This document shows, piece by piece, positions 38,140 through 50,983 of a DNA stretch of 64,000 nt. A program made the position numbers and the translations under genes. The stretch is from Octopus vulgaris (taxonomy: Eukaryota): positions 94,860,001 through 94,924,000 of the forward strand of contig OX597824.1 of the NCBI GenBank assembly GCA_951406725.2. Direction: 5' to 3'. Every line of letters begins with the position of its first letter. The first letter of the stretch is position 1. The notes under the pieces were generated by a model that saw only the letters and a list, made by a program, of their open reading frames with translations, was not told the origin of the DNA and ran no database searches.

Positions 38140-38435
38140 AAAGGAGCGCTCCGTCGGTTACGACAACGAGGGTCCCAGCTAATATGATCAACAGAACAGC
38201 TTGTTTGTGAAATTAACGTGCAAGTGGCTGAGCACTCCACAGACACGTGTACCCTTAACGTAGTTCTCAGGAAGATTCAGCATTATACAGAATGTGTCAA
38301 GACTAGCCCTTTGAAATACAGGTACTACTTGTTTTTGCCAGCTGAGTGGACTGGGGCAACGTGAAATAAAGTATCTTGCTCAAAGACACGACACGTCACC
38401 AGGAATTGAACTCACGACCATACGATCATGAGGTG
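38140..38435 (-). mobile_element. SINE family G
   Basis: Minus strand gtgagttcaattcct (B box) then cttgagcaagatactttatttcacgttgccccagtccactcagctggc. Confidence 0.75.
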
Positions 38436-38720
38436 AACAAGTCTGCACTACTGCTCAGCTCACAATATTTCTCAGTGTATGCCATGAAGTATATATCTAC
38501 CAATTGACAAAGCATGTCATGGATTTCTTTTAAATGAAAGGAAGAGCTTCAATCCACAGAATCAATCCTATAATACGAATGCCAACTTGACCATGGCAGA
38601 ATTGGAACTTGGAACTGGAGAAACAAAACCGAATACTTACCAAACATTTTGTCTGATGTTCTTCTAACACCTTGAGAAAATATAGAAAGGTTTCTACCTC
38701 TCTTGCTCACATATGGTATA

Positions 38721-39150
38721 TAGATTGATTTCAGTTCTATATTTAAGAGATGAGGAATTATGTACATTGTTTACATTAGACAGATATTTGACCTCATCTT
38801 GTTTGTTAACACGTTTCGGTTGATATACCATTCAGCCTTCATCAGGGGTCTTGGGGAAATTTTGAACCTGGGTTCTTATTCGTAAGGTATTTTTCAATGC
38901 TATTATTATTATTATTATTATTATTGGTTAAGAGCGCGGGCTACTAACCCCAAGATTCCGAGTTCGATTCCAGGCAGTGACATGAATAATAAAAATAATA
39001 ACATTGAAAAATATCTTAGGAATGAAAACCCAGGTTCGAAATTTCCCCAAGACACCTGATGAAGGCTGGAGGGTATATCAGCCGAAAGGTTGTGTTAGCA
39101 ACAAACAAGTGTAAATAACCATCAAATGTAAATAATGTAGATTGGTTTCA
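38721..39150. mobile_element. Inverted dimer of a tRNA-headed, hammerhead-bearing (Penelope-type) non-autonomous retroelement with 13-bp TSD
   Basis: Arms 38762-38920 and 38985-39139 are reverse complements; tRNA-like segment 38924-38980; CTGATGA..GAAA cores in both arms; flanked by tagattgatttca / tagattggtttca. Confidence 0.75.
39051..39096 (+). ncRNA. Minimal type I hammerhead ribozyme-like motif
   Basis: gacac-CTGATGA-a-ggctg(gagggtatat)cagcc-GAAA-ggtt-gtgtt; stem I gacac/gtgtt, stem II ggctg/cagcc; the sister copy on the minus strand (38808-38850) retains GAAACG. Confidence 0.65.
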
Positions 39151-39939
39151 TTAGTATCGGTATTTTATTAGAGTTTATTTAATTGACCCTGGAGGGTAAA
39201 AAGTAAAATTTGCTTTGCATGTTCTAGGCTAAGAACCAGAGTTTTTAACCAGAACCATACATGATTTAGACTAGGTCTGTTTTCTATCATATGTTCCAGA
39301 GAAACTGAGAATCAAATTGAATACATCATATATTTCAGAAAACCATTGTTCATATATTATCAGTAGAATTACTAGAAAAGCCATCATTCATTTTATTTAA
39401 TTACTTTATAATTTATTATTTTGGTGCTTACTATGGGTACCACATTTCAATATGCTTGCAGTGGACATGTCAAGGCAATTATAAATTTTCAGTGAATGAG
39501 CCCACAATTTTGTTTCAATTCCTCTTTTGGAAAACGGTTTTACTTCACCTACATTATTCATACACTCACGAAAGACCTGAATATCACCACTTCTATTTTT
39601 ACTCCATTAAAAACAGCTCTGTGTCTGTATGGAACTGGTTTATTCAAATGATGTATTATTTTGGAAAACTAATAAAGGTTTGATTGAGTTGCCTATAATT
39701 ACAGTCATATACACTTAAATGTTAATTGCTTTCTAAAGTAAAATTAAATTTATCGACTGCTAAACTTTTTGTGTGTCTCTGAATATTTTGTGATGCTTAA
39801 CAAAATAACTTGATAACATCTGTACTTAATGGCTGTGAATCTTACTTTTAAAACACTTCAGAGCTTACCTGAATCAAATGCTAAAATTTGTTCTAAAATG
39901 TTCACAGATTTTATCTTTTAATTTTTGTTTATTTAATAG

Positions 39940-40042
39940 CCGATCAAGAGGCAGAGGACGGAAAAATTTTGCTTTGAATATGTTAGAACCTCTGTTAACT
40001 GAAGTACCAGAAGAAGGTGAAAATGGTACTAAAAACTTTGAG
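39940..40042 (+). CDS. Coding exon 3 (phase 2 to 0): RSRGRGRKNFALNMLEPLLTEVPEEGENGTKNFE
   Basis: tttaatAG acceptor; GAG|GTAAAT donor; completes the CGC codon from exon 2. Confidence 0.87.
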
Positions 40043-40891
40043 GTAAATCCTTGATGTAACATTACTTGATCCTAATTAATGTAGAATAGTTTTGTTCTCG
40101 TTTTAATTGAGAAGATAATTATTTTAATACAATTGTAATTAGACGTTTATTGATTTTGCTGAATTTAAGTAGTGTGCACTCGTAAACATAATGCTTCTCT
40201 TTGGTTAACTACCAAAGAATGTTGTTTTGCTTCTAGTAACGATTGGTAAAGTGTAAGCCAGTGTTGAAGTGAATCAAAGGAGATATGGAACGGGGCAGTT
40301 AGAGAACTGTCCTCAATGGGTTGATGTAATGAAAACTGATTCATGGTAGCAAGAGAAAAGGGGGAAATTTGTAGTCGTAAGGAATGTGCCAGAATATAAG
40401 TACATAAATGGTATATGAGGAAATGTTGGTAAACTTTGAACCTAATTTTAACACTTTTTATCCCTCCAGGGTCAGTAGCTATTGTAAATTAATATTAAAA
40501 CTAATCTACATCTGGAAAAGATGTACTTTATGAAAGAATTCAATACCTTCTGATAGCAGTTGAACCACACAGTGGTGATTAGGTGAACATGCTAATGATT
40601 ATGTTTATAATTAACATTTATTTTATTATTATTTCAAATTAATCCATTTATGTTTAGTTCATAACTAATATCTCAGGCTTCATTTATTTTTGTATTTAAA
40701 AAAAAAAAATTTTTTCTTCTTTTTTTGTTGTCTCTAGAATAGATAGTAAAACCTTCTTTGAAATGTAAATTAAATTTCAGTTGATTTTTTAAAAAATATT
40801 TGTTGCTGTTGTTTAGCTGGATTTTATTTGCTTATCATTTTATTTTAATTTAAGTTCTGTCTTATGAATTTGTCACAACTGAAAAATTATT

Positions 40892-40924
<33 letters not shown>

Positions 40925-41419
40925 GCTGCTGTAGTTCAAAGAATGACTTAGTTGATGCTGAATATCTCCAATAAGCAGATTTATTCTATAGAGATAACTA
41001 GTTATTGCTACTTATCACTTTTGGTGGAATCAAAACTTTGGTAGGCCTCAAAACCAAATAAACAAACCCTCATTTAATTACTAATTTAACCTGATCCCTA
41101 ATCCAACACTTTGTCATGAACATATCATCTTGTTTGGGTCCTTTGTTTTTATATTTGTTGTTGTTGTTGTAATAATTATAGTAAAGGAGTTTGTTTGTGT
41201 CATAGAAATACCAAAGCACAGCTTGTGTCCTTAAGATACCCTTCTGAAACAAATTTTTTGTGTGTTCCCGGGTGTCACAATAGGAATAATATGTTGGGTA
41301 CAAGGTTCCTTTAAGCTTTTGTCTTCAGACCAACTATAAAAGAGGTCAAATGAGTGCAAGCAAAAATGCAAGAGATAGGTAAACAACATATTAACTGTTG
41401 GACAAGGAGAATAACCTTG

Positions 41420-41992
41420 TCACCTTACTGGCACCTGTGCTGGTGGCATGTGTAAAAAGATTCGAGTGAGATCATTGCTAGTACTGCCTGACTGGTCCTG
41501 TGCCCGTGGCACATGAAAAGCACCCACTACACTCTCAGAGTAGTTGGCGTTAGGAAGGGCATCCAGCTGTAGAAACTCTGCCAGATCAAGATTGGGGCCT
41601 GGTTCACCAGCCCCCAGTCAAAATTGTCCAACCTATGCTAGCATGGAAAGCGGACGTTAAATGATGATGGGTATATATAAAAAAAAAAGTGTATAGTATT
41701 TAGTTTTTAGATGGTCACTGCTCTCTTAAAAGGTTGTCCAGGTGGTCACATTTATTTATAAGGCTGTAGTTCTGTAAGTCTAGTAGATGTGTGTGTCTGT
41801 GTGTATGTATTTTGTGTGCTGGGGCCACATAAAAGCACCCAGTTTACTTGTAAAGTGATTGGCGTTTGGAGCAGCTGTAGAAACCCTGCCAAATCAGACT
41901 GGAGCCTGGTGCAGCTCTCCAGCTTGCCATCCCTGGTCAAACTGTCCAACCCATGCCAGCATGGACAATGGCCATTAAATGAAGATGATGAT
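41420..41992 (+). mobile_element. Two RTE-like 3' UTR fragments (family B; 41420-41670 and 41815-41992)
   Basis: Family B core and GAT tails. Confidence 0.78.
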
Positions 41993-42233
41993 ATATATAT
42001 AAATATATATTTGTATATATGTATGTATATAGTTTGTTGCAAGGAGTGATTGGGTGGTGGAGTATTTAATGTAGTAACGATAAGAAAATATATGAAGGGG
42101 TCTTTTCTGATTCATTCAGTGTTTCTCTTGAGTGACAACAGATATATGCAACTGTTGTGTCTCTTTTGCTACTCAACCATCTGGCTACTTCATCAGGCAC
42201 TGCAAAGAATACACACATGCAGTCGTTGGCTCT

Positions 42234-42432
42234 TTAAGCATTCAGATTTCTGTGTCAAATTCAATGCTTATTTATTCAATTCACATTGTTTTGAACTAAT
42301 ATCATGCATAATCTCAATGATGTGATCAAATATTTGCAGGGTAAGTGCAAGAGGTCAGATCTGGTTAGTTTTATCATAGATCAGGCAGAATATTTAGGCC
42401 AGGTATGGCTGGCTTGAAAGTTAAAAGGTTAA
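42234..42432 (+). mobile_element. MITE family E
   Basis: aagcattcagat...aatgcttatttattca...aaaaggttaa. Confidence 0.65.
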
Positions 42433-43659
42433 AGTATTTCTACTATTTAGATTGTTGAGTAATGACTATCTCATATAATGGTTATATTATTTGACTCTTA
42501 CACACAACACACAGGTTTTTGTATGTATGTATGTTAATGGCCTTTTGTAATGTGTTTCTGTGAATTACTTGTAACATTACTCAGTAGTATAGCAGATATT
42601 ATAAGTGCTGTGACAGATCCTAGACAACAAAAAGATATTAATATTTAAATAGAATAAACTTTTTTTAAATAGATACAAATTATGCTTTCTGCCATTTTCA
42701 TTTTTCTTAACACTTTTCTTTTCATTTTTCTTAACTGTACAATAGACTTTTGATCATTTTGAAATGCAAGCACTGCAGTGGTTGACATAGGCTAAAACTT
42801 ATGATATAAGCAAGCTAGATAAATAGTTTTTCTTTTCTTCTTCTGCTTTCTACTCAACGTAATATCCTTTACTGAAATGGAAATATCCTTCTAGGAATAA
42901 TATAGCCCGATTGTTTCGGAAACAGTTAACAAGTAAAATACATTTGTTTTAGCTTATGATTATTTTTCATTTATTGATACATTCTTCATTTAAAATGTAA
43001 CCATTCATTATTACCAAATCTCAGATCAAAAATACTAATTGATCCTTGACGTCCAAGTGTATACATAATAGAGATTGATGTACAAGGAATGGAATACAAG
43101 GTTTAATTGTTCCAAAAACTTTTTGTTCCATTAATTCAATCTGATGAGAAATAGTAATATCCATAACTTTTCTAGGCAGTCCTAGGCTGAGGATATGAAC
43201 AGCCGAGTCAGATTCATGTCTAATGTACTTTTTGATGTTGCTTTATTTTTTTTCCTTCTGTTTTTATTTTTATTTTTATAATGGTCTTTTTTTTTGTGTG
43301 GGGGGAAACTCCCACGGTGAGGTAGTTGCAGAGAGATGTAGATTTCAGGATGAAAGAATGTGCTGAGTCTAATGATCAAAACAGGATAGAAGTGATGGAA
43401 GGAGGTAAGGTTGGTGAAAGGGGTGGGCTAAAATAGTAGACTTGGTATGCGTTTATTATCTAGTAAATACAAATGTAGCAGTAATTACGTAGCATTGGAT
43501 GGAGTTAATGGAATTGTAAGTTCCTGGTTTATTTGCAACGGTAAATTGAGACTTATTTACCCATTGAATAAGACAAGCGAAGGAAATATTTTATCAATTA
43601 CGTTTATACTGACATTATGCAGTTAGCCTTAATTCAAGTTGTCTTATTTAATCTTTTAG

Positions 43660-43797
43660 GAACATCAATTTATTATAGAAAAGAAAGATATGGAAAATTA
43701 TGATAAATTTCCTGTTTGGAAAATTGAAGCGGGAAGACTTCAAAAATATGAACTAGTAAATGAAGATGGGAAAATTAGACACAGAGCTGTGCCAACA
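43660..43797 (+). CDS. Coding exon 4 (phase 0 to 0): EHQFIIEKKDMENYDKFPVWKIEAGRLQKYELVNEDGKIRHRAVPT
   Basis: atcttttAG acceptor; ACA|GTAAGT consensus donor; open 138-nt frame with globular-domain composition. Confidence 0.9.
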
Positions 43798-43869
43798 GTA
43801 AGTAATTTAGAATACTTTCTAAATGTCTCTTTTTGAATTGAAGTGCAAAAAGTTGTTCTTGACTTGCAG

Positions 43870-44030
43870 CATTGTTCGCACATCGGACAAAATGCTCAGC
43901 AGCATTTTTTCCGGCTCTTTACGTCATGAGTTCAAATTCCACTGAGGTCGGCTTTACCTTTCATCCCTTCAGGATTGATAAAATAAAGTAGCAGTCAAGT
44001 ACAGGGGTTGATGTAATCGACTTGCCACCC
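43870..44030 (+). mobile_element. SINE family C
   Basis: gagttcaaattccactgaggtcggctttacctttcatccc...gatgtaatcgactt. Confidence 0.75.
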
Positions 44031-44745
44031 CACTCACCCGCCCACCCCTCAGAGTGCCTGGTGCTGGACCCTGCAACAGACTGATGGCTCATTTCAGTGG
44101 GGGGATGATGTGATTTTGATCACTTGGAAACTGAGCAATCAGCTTTATGAGTCCTAGGGGTTCAAGAAAACGCAAAATATTATTTACCTTAAATTTATTT
44201 GTTTACATAATCTGCAATCTTTTTTATAGGGTTTTTCACACCATCTTCAAGTTTTTAAGGAAACCTTGATTACACTTTGGAATATTCACTGATCTTCTTC
44301 TCTTCCTTTGTTCTAATTTTATTGTTTTTTTTTAGACAATAATAAATGCTAATTGCTACATTATAAGCTAGTAGAGATAATCGAATTCATGGACAGTCCT
44401 CTATCTCTGCTGTTTTCTTTATCATTTCTTGATATTTTAGCTTGTATACCATCATTTGTTCTGCTACCATCCATACCAAACTACCAGCTGAATTTATTAT
44501 TTGAATGGAATTAGGGAATGCAATTTGCAATTACTGTTTGTACTAAGCACTACTCAGTTTTCTTTCTGTGATAAGCCAAACCCCATTCATTTCAGCAATG
44601 TTTGATCATTACCATATTCTTTCTAAACTAGTAGGTTTTCTTTTGGTATCGGTTATAAACATCTCCCAAGTTTTATAAAAGCTTGGTCTTGAAATTCATT
44701 ATAATCCTTCACATAAATGATATGTGAAAAATAACCTTATAACTA

Positions 44746-45143
44746 AACTAGCAGTATCGCCCAGTGTTGCTCGGGTTTGTTTCGGCCCTTTAGAATTGGA
44801 ATTTTTGAAAAGTAAAAATTTTGCATTATGTAGCTTGTTATTCTCTTTAAGTGAACATTTTTCTGATTAAAATACACCGAAAAATGGCGACACAGCAGTT
44901 AAAAAAATCATAAAAAATGGATTTTCATAGAAAAAAAGCACCTTTTTTATGTAAATAATTTTTGGTCTTAACACGGTCCAATTTGAATTTTTTCTTCTAT
45001 GGAAGGAAGAGCAAGCCTTCTTCTATCATACATACTCTCAATTTTGGTCAACTTGCGCCGCAGGGTCTCGGAGGAGATAGTGTTAGTTGAAGGCTACCAA
45101 ACCTGCCATACACAGACAACTTCAGCTTTATATAGATATAGAT
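44746..45143 (+). mobile_element. Helentron/HINE-like element
   Basis: aactagcagtatcgcccagtgttgctcggg start; acagacaacttcagctttatatagatatagat end. Confidence 0.55.
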
Positions 45144-45603
45144 AAAAACCCGAAATTGAAATTTTAAAATGGTGTAACAGAATGGTTATCATACCATTTT
45201 CTAAGCCATAGATTTTAACTGCTGTAATCATTAGCCATTGCCACCTCTATATCAGCACCAGCATCATTATTCTGAGAGCATCTATTTGCATCGTTTTCAG
45301 ACCTAAACTTACCTCATCATTCATCTTCTTCCTTGATCTCTGTGAATCTCCAACTCCTGGTTTTTGTTGAGCCAGAATCCATCATCCATTTACTTGTCCA
45401 TATCAGTGCTTTGGTTTGGTTTCTAGGCATCAATCAATACCTCTCCTGCTTATTGCTCTTCCTTGTTTCATATCCAGTCTTTCTCATAAGTTAACAATAT
45501 CACATCTCAGGGAATCAGACTAAAGTTGTTTCTTTTAAATTACTGTAGATCCTCTGCAATTTCTATATGAATATCATGTTATGACTTTCACACATGTCTC
45601 ATA

Positions 45604-45982
45604 TCATCATCATCATCATTTAATGTCCGTTTTCCATGCTAGCATGGGTTGGACGGTTCGACCGGGGTCTGGGAAGCCAGGAGGCTGCATCAGGCTCCAG
45701 TCTGATCTGGCAGTGTTTCTACAGCTGGATGCCCTTCCTAACACCAACCACTCTGTGAGTGTAGTGGGTGCTTTTTACATGCCACCGGCACAAGTGCCAG
45801 GGGAGGCTGGCAGTGGCCACAATTGGTTGGTGCATTTTATGTGCCACCGGCATGGAAGCCAGTCAAGGTGGCGCTGGCATCGACCATGTACGGATGGTGC
45901 TTTTTACGCGCCACCGGCACAGGTGCCAGGGGAGGATGGCAACGCCCATGATCGGTTGGTGCGTTTTACATGCCACCGGCAG
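45604..45982 (-). mobile_element. RTE-like LINE 3' UTR (family B)
   Basis: (CAT)n tail, family B core and repeated ggtgctttttacatgccaccggca subunits. Confidence 0.82.
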
Positions 45983-47143
45983 TATAAATTCAGGAATTGA
46001 AAACCTTTACTTTCCAACAAGAATACTAAGTTCTTAAAAACATCTTTCATCACCTTCAAGCCTTGGACATTCTACAACTGCCATTATTTAGTCCTTCGCC
46101 TGTGCTGTGAACATATCCATTTTATAAAATTGTGTACATGTGAGTGTTGATGCCTGAATGGTCTTTGAGATATTAATAACATCACAACAGAAGGTTTTCT
46201 TATATACTAACCTAAGTCGGTTTATCATTATTTCGTGTGCATCCTTTACTTTTAAAATACTCTATAATACGAAGTTAAGGCTGTCTTTGGAACAGTCCTT
46301 AATCTTTGGAATTGTCATCGCTTACTCAGTCATGGAACTTTCTGTCTGTTTATATTTATACATTTATATCTAACGGTACTTTTATATTTAAAGTTACTTT
46401 CTGTGTGCTCACAGCTGTCAGCAGATTTGTGATTCAGCTTTTTAATAATTTTTTTCTTGCAACAACTAATTTTGTTTCTGAATTTTAAAAAAAAATTTTT
46501 TTTTTTTTTTCATCAAAATGTGGATTTTAGGATTCTTTTTTTGTTGAAGATTTCGACTACAGAAAACTAATTTTAATTCACTGCAAAATAGCATTCTCTC
46601 TTTGTCTTTTTCTCTCTCTTACACTTCACGACTCTGCTTTCTACTGACATATCTGTAAAAACTTCTCTCCAGATTATAAGTTCGATCCAGCATCAGCTAA
46701 GATTCTGTTGATTCCAGTCTCCTTTCATATTTGTCGGGTGTTTTTGGAGAAGGAAAGTGGTTTTAACTTAGCTATGTCAGTTGTGTCAAATATAAACTCG
46801 TATATTTAATGATAGGTGTTTCAGGAAAATTATGTGGAACATCATGGAAACAATTAATTCTGTATAAGAAAATAGTACTTCTAGTTTTACTCTAAAACAG
46901 TATCAGGGGGTATGTAACCCTCAAAGCAACAGGTCTGAGATATCTTCTCTTGTAAAAAATTCATTCTTGTACTCCATTTTGTCATTTTGTCATATGTAAA
47001 TTTTCTTAAAGCATTATGTTGGTCAACACTGAATATAATTACAAAATCTTCTATTGGTTTAATTAAACTGAGTTAATTACTGTAGTTTTCTTTGTCATTG
47101 AATTTCTGTGATAATATTTTCCTTTGATCTCTTTCTTTAACAG

Positions 47144-47274
47144 TATAGAACTTGGACTGCAGCCTGGAGAAAACAGTTCAGTCCTATTAAAACCAAATTA
47201 ATTTCTCAAGGGTTTAATTCAGAAATTGTAGAAGTAGAAGATGAATTTTTTCCAAGACCCTCATATAAAAACAG
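47144..47274 (+). CDS. Coding exon 5 (phase 0 to 2): YRTWTAAWRKQFSPIKTKLISQGFNSEIVEVEDEFFPRPSYKN(S)
   Basis: ctttctttaacAG acceptor; CAG|GTAAGG donor; in frame. Confidence 0.9.
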
Positions 47275-47493
47275 GTAAGGGACAGTGTTTGCTTCTCAAC
47301 TAATTTTTAAGTATTTTTTGGAAAAAAAAAAAAAAAAAAAAAAATTATTGCTGCTTCTTTTTCTTCTTGCTGCTGCTGCTACTACTACTACTACTACTGT
47401 TTTATTATTGTCATCAGGTGTGGTGGTTATAAACTACTATGGATCAGTCAAGTTGTACATGTTGGTAGAGTAATTCTTTCTCTTTAGAAAATC

Positions 47494-48490
47494 CTACTCA
47501 ACATGGTTTCCACCATAAGCAATGCATTTATATCATTGTTGAATCTTCATTGAAAATATTTGAGTGTGTGCTGTTGTCCTTACTTCTTCATGGCCACTTT
47601 CCCCTCTTCTGTGTCATCAGATCATTTTCCCTGATGGCTGTCCCATCATTGGACCAAACAGGTCCAATGATGGACAGCACCAGATCTGGCTGTATGCTGG
47701 ATGGAGGACCACTGACAAACCCAGTTAGGCGATTGCCTCATTTGTTACCAAAGATGTGTGTGGTCATGCATTATCATGGTGAATGTGGATACTTTTTCAG
47801 ATTCTTGTTTGGTCTTTTCCTCCTAATGGCCCCCTTAGACTATTTAAGTGTTTTAATATGTCAGTTGTTGTTGATAATACAGCCACATTCCAGAAAACAA
47901 AAGGAGATTGATGCCCTTGTATTCTCTCAAAAAAAAGGGCCACCATAACTTTCTATGCTGATCGCTCGCTCTTGAATGTTTTAGATCTTGGAGAAGAGTT
48001 GTAATGCCAGTTTGTGGATTGAGCCCTTTATTTTTGGATCCTAAAGATATGGCCAGGTTTCATCCTGTGTTACCCAGACCAAGAGACACTCCTCTGCCCC
48101 GCCTTTCTTGTGTTTTTATTGGTTTCAGACACTTCCACCCCTCTCTCAAATTGAGTGTCAACTACGGAGATACCCAATTTGCACACCCTTTCTTAAACCC
48201 AAAGTCTCCCACCATCTGTGATGTATTGTGGTCCCAGTCCAGTTTCTCCAGCAAGCCTCCATGTGAATTGATTTGCCTCTTCACTGGCCGTTGTACCGGT
48301 GGTTACAGTTGATGGCTTCTCACTGCATGGTTTGCCTTCAATACTAATTTCCCCTTCATACTTGTTCATCCATCTGGACACATGCCTCTTGTCAGTGGTT
48401 TCATTGCTGTAAATAATCTGTAGCATTCTGCAGATGTTGGACAGCCTGCACATTTCTTCTACTTGCAAACCACTATTTGCCTGCATTAAA
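47494..48490 (-). mobile_element. Decayed mariner transposase, near full length
   Basis: N-terminal HTH-like LQIIYSNETTDKRHVSRW..GEISIEGKPCSEKPST (48193-48486); frameshifted HPAYS-PDL..LFGPM (about 47650-47708); C-terminal KCIAYGGNHVE*. Confidence 0.8.
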
Positions 48491-48553
48491 GAACAAAAAG
48501 AAGGGTTACCCTAGAGAAAGAGCTATTCTACCAACATGCAATTTGAACAATCT

Positions 48554-49000
48554 ATCATCATCATCATCATCGTTTAACGCCCATTTTCCGTGCTAGCACG
48601 GGTTTGACGGTTTGACCGGGATCTGGGAAGCCAGGCTCCTGTCTGATCTGGCATTGTTTCTACAGCTGGATGCCCTTCCTAACGCCAACCACTCCATGAG
48701 TGTAGTGTGTGCTTTTTACATGCCACCGGCACAGGTGCCAGGAGCGGCTGGCAACGACCACGATCAGTTGGTGCTTTTTACGTGACACCGATATGTGTGT
48801 GTTAGTCTCCCCATCCCCAATCTCTTGACAACCGATGTCAGTGTGTTTACGCCCCCGTAATTTAGCGGTTCAGTGAAAGAGGCCAATAGAATAAGTACCA
48901 AGCTTACAGAGAATAAATCCCGAGGGTCGATTTGTTCGACCAAAAGGCAGTGCTCCAGCATGGCCACAATCAAATGACTGAAACGAATTAGAGAATAAAA
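48554..49000. mobile_element. Family B fragment (minus, 48554-48790) fused to a SINE A 3' half (plus, 48790-49000)
   Basis: Matches other copies in the window. Confidence 0.78.
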
Positions 49001-49151
49001 TGAACTGTTTCGTTTACTTTTGTATAAGCCCTAATTTTATCACCTGTTGTCCCTTTCTTTCTGGCTTTTAGACTATGATGTGTTGCTTTCATTTTGTATA
49101 TTTTAAGATATGAAATATACAATTTTTCCAATCCTAACTGTTTCATTTCAG

Positions 49152-49374
49152 TGAAATATCAGAACCCAGTCCTCAAATGAAAGAGCTTTCTGCCCAACAG
49201 CCCGATCTCGCTCCATCACCCTTGGTGGCCAAAGAAAGGTCCGACAGTGAAAGTGAAGAAGAAGACGACGAAGTAGATGACGACGACGATGATGAGAAGA
49301 GGAATTCCGAGTCTTCTGAAAGTGAATCTGAATCCGACATAGAAGATGCTCCTGTACATAATTTTGAGGTGTGA
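49152..49374 (+). CDS. Coding exon 6 (phase 2), acidic: EISEPSPQMKELSAQQPDLAPSPLVAKERSDSESEEEDDEVDDDDDDEKRNSESSESESESDIEDAPVHNFE(V*)
   Basis: tttcatttcAG acceptor, in frame with exon 5; ends either at TGA 49372-49374 or at a possible donor GAG|GTGTGA after 49368. Confidence 0.85.
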
Positions 49375-49630
49375 ATCGTAGCGCAACCTATGAACACATT
49401 TATTTTGTCACAGTTGGCAAGTGGAAATAACTCTTTAACTGTTCATGGCGTCAACAATGAAGTAGTTGTCATCTGCCATTCTACTGCTGGGGGCACTTTA
49501 AGCTAATAATGGGTAGTAGGGAGATGGCAACAAAACAGGTTTTTTAAAATTTGTTTTTACTATTTAGTAACTTATTCATATCAGTACCTATGGAATTCCT
49601 TTTTACTTATTTAATTTACATATATATATG

Positions 49631-49681
<51 letters not shown>

Positions 49682-49702
49682 ATATGAATGTATGTATGTA
49701 TG

Positions 49703-49740
<38 letters not shown>

Positions 49741-50432
49741 CGTACACCAACCCGTGCAAGCATAGAAAAATGGACATGAAGTAATGATGGTAATGATGAA
49801 GATGTCATTTGTGTGTGTGTGTGTGTGTGTGTGTGCGCTTGCATACATATATCCCAAAAGGTAAATGGTTCCCGTCATATTGGATGATAAGTATTCCAGC
49901 CATTCGATCAACTCAACTCCATACTCATTGAATTACAGAGTAAATGCAGGTGACTCGGTATGCCGCCGACATTTGTCTCTCTCTAATTGATGTCTTCATG
50001 CAGAATCAGTGTGTACCAAGGTTGTCTTTTGGACTACAATGTGCAGAGTGCCCGGAAGGCTTCCACAGTTTTCCTGGCCTGCCCCAGTTTCTAGAAGGCT
50101 CAGCACAACCCAAAACTGTGAGAAAAGCCCCCCCCCCTCTCTTGCCTAAGGTACCATGTAGTAGGATTGAACTTTGAGACATGGTTACAAAGCAGACATT
50201 TTAGCCACATGGCTGTGCCAGCAGCCTTATAGACTTTATACACATACACGCACACAAAATAGTTTATTTTACACATTTAATGTTTTTAGCAAAAAAATCT
50301 TTGGCGATGTACTTGCATTGCAAATGTTTTGATCTGAGACTGGGTGCCGGTGCCGAAACTAAAGCAATTGCAGTGTAGAAGACACAAGTAATCGATTCAG
50401 AAGCAGAATAGCCATCTACTTCATTTAAATGT

Positions 50433-50661
50433 TTAACCCTTTCGTTACTGTATTTATTTTGAGGTGCTCTGTGTTTCTTCCGATTATTTAAAATATAACA
50501 AAGAATTTAGTAAAATAACTTAGTTATCATTGAGCTAGTGTTAGGAACATAAATTGTGACTAAAATTTGGTGGAAGATTTGAATTCAAAACTTATGAAAA
50601 CAAGACATTTATACTAAAGAGCCACAGCCGGTTTCAGCTGGGTTGGTAACGAAAGGGTTAA
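50433..50661 (+). mobile_element. piggyBac-type MITE family D
   Basis: Perfect TIR ttaaccctttcgttac / gtaacgaaagggttaa. Confidence 0.9.
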
Positions 50662-50947
50662 ATGAAGTCGACAGTCTTTTTTTTTTTCTGAATGGCTGAC
50701 ATGTCTTCCACAGTGCAATCACAAAAAATCTCCACATTTGCTAATCCATTGCTCCTTGTTTCAGACAAGCTGTGTTCGGATTAGTGGAACCAGAGATTTT
50801 ATTTTTCTACTAAAACATTAAACATGTAATATAAAACTATTTCCTCTACAGATTCATTTGATTCGTATGGTCTCACTTTTGGGTTTCTGGTCTCCATGAT
50901 CTTTGATCTAAAGAATTTCCTACGCATATAAACAAACATGTGTGCAT

Positions 50948-50983
<36 letters not shown>

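Noticed and set aside
47643-47673. Perfect 13-bp hairpin as a terminator or regulatory RNA
   Set aside because: Lies within a decayed mariner coding relic; likely a local template-switch mutation
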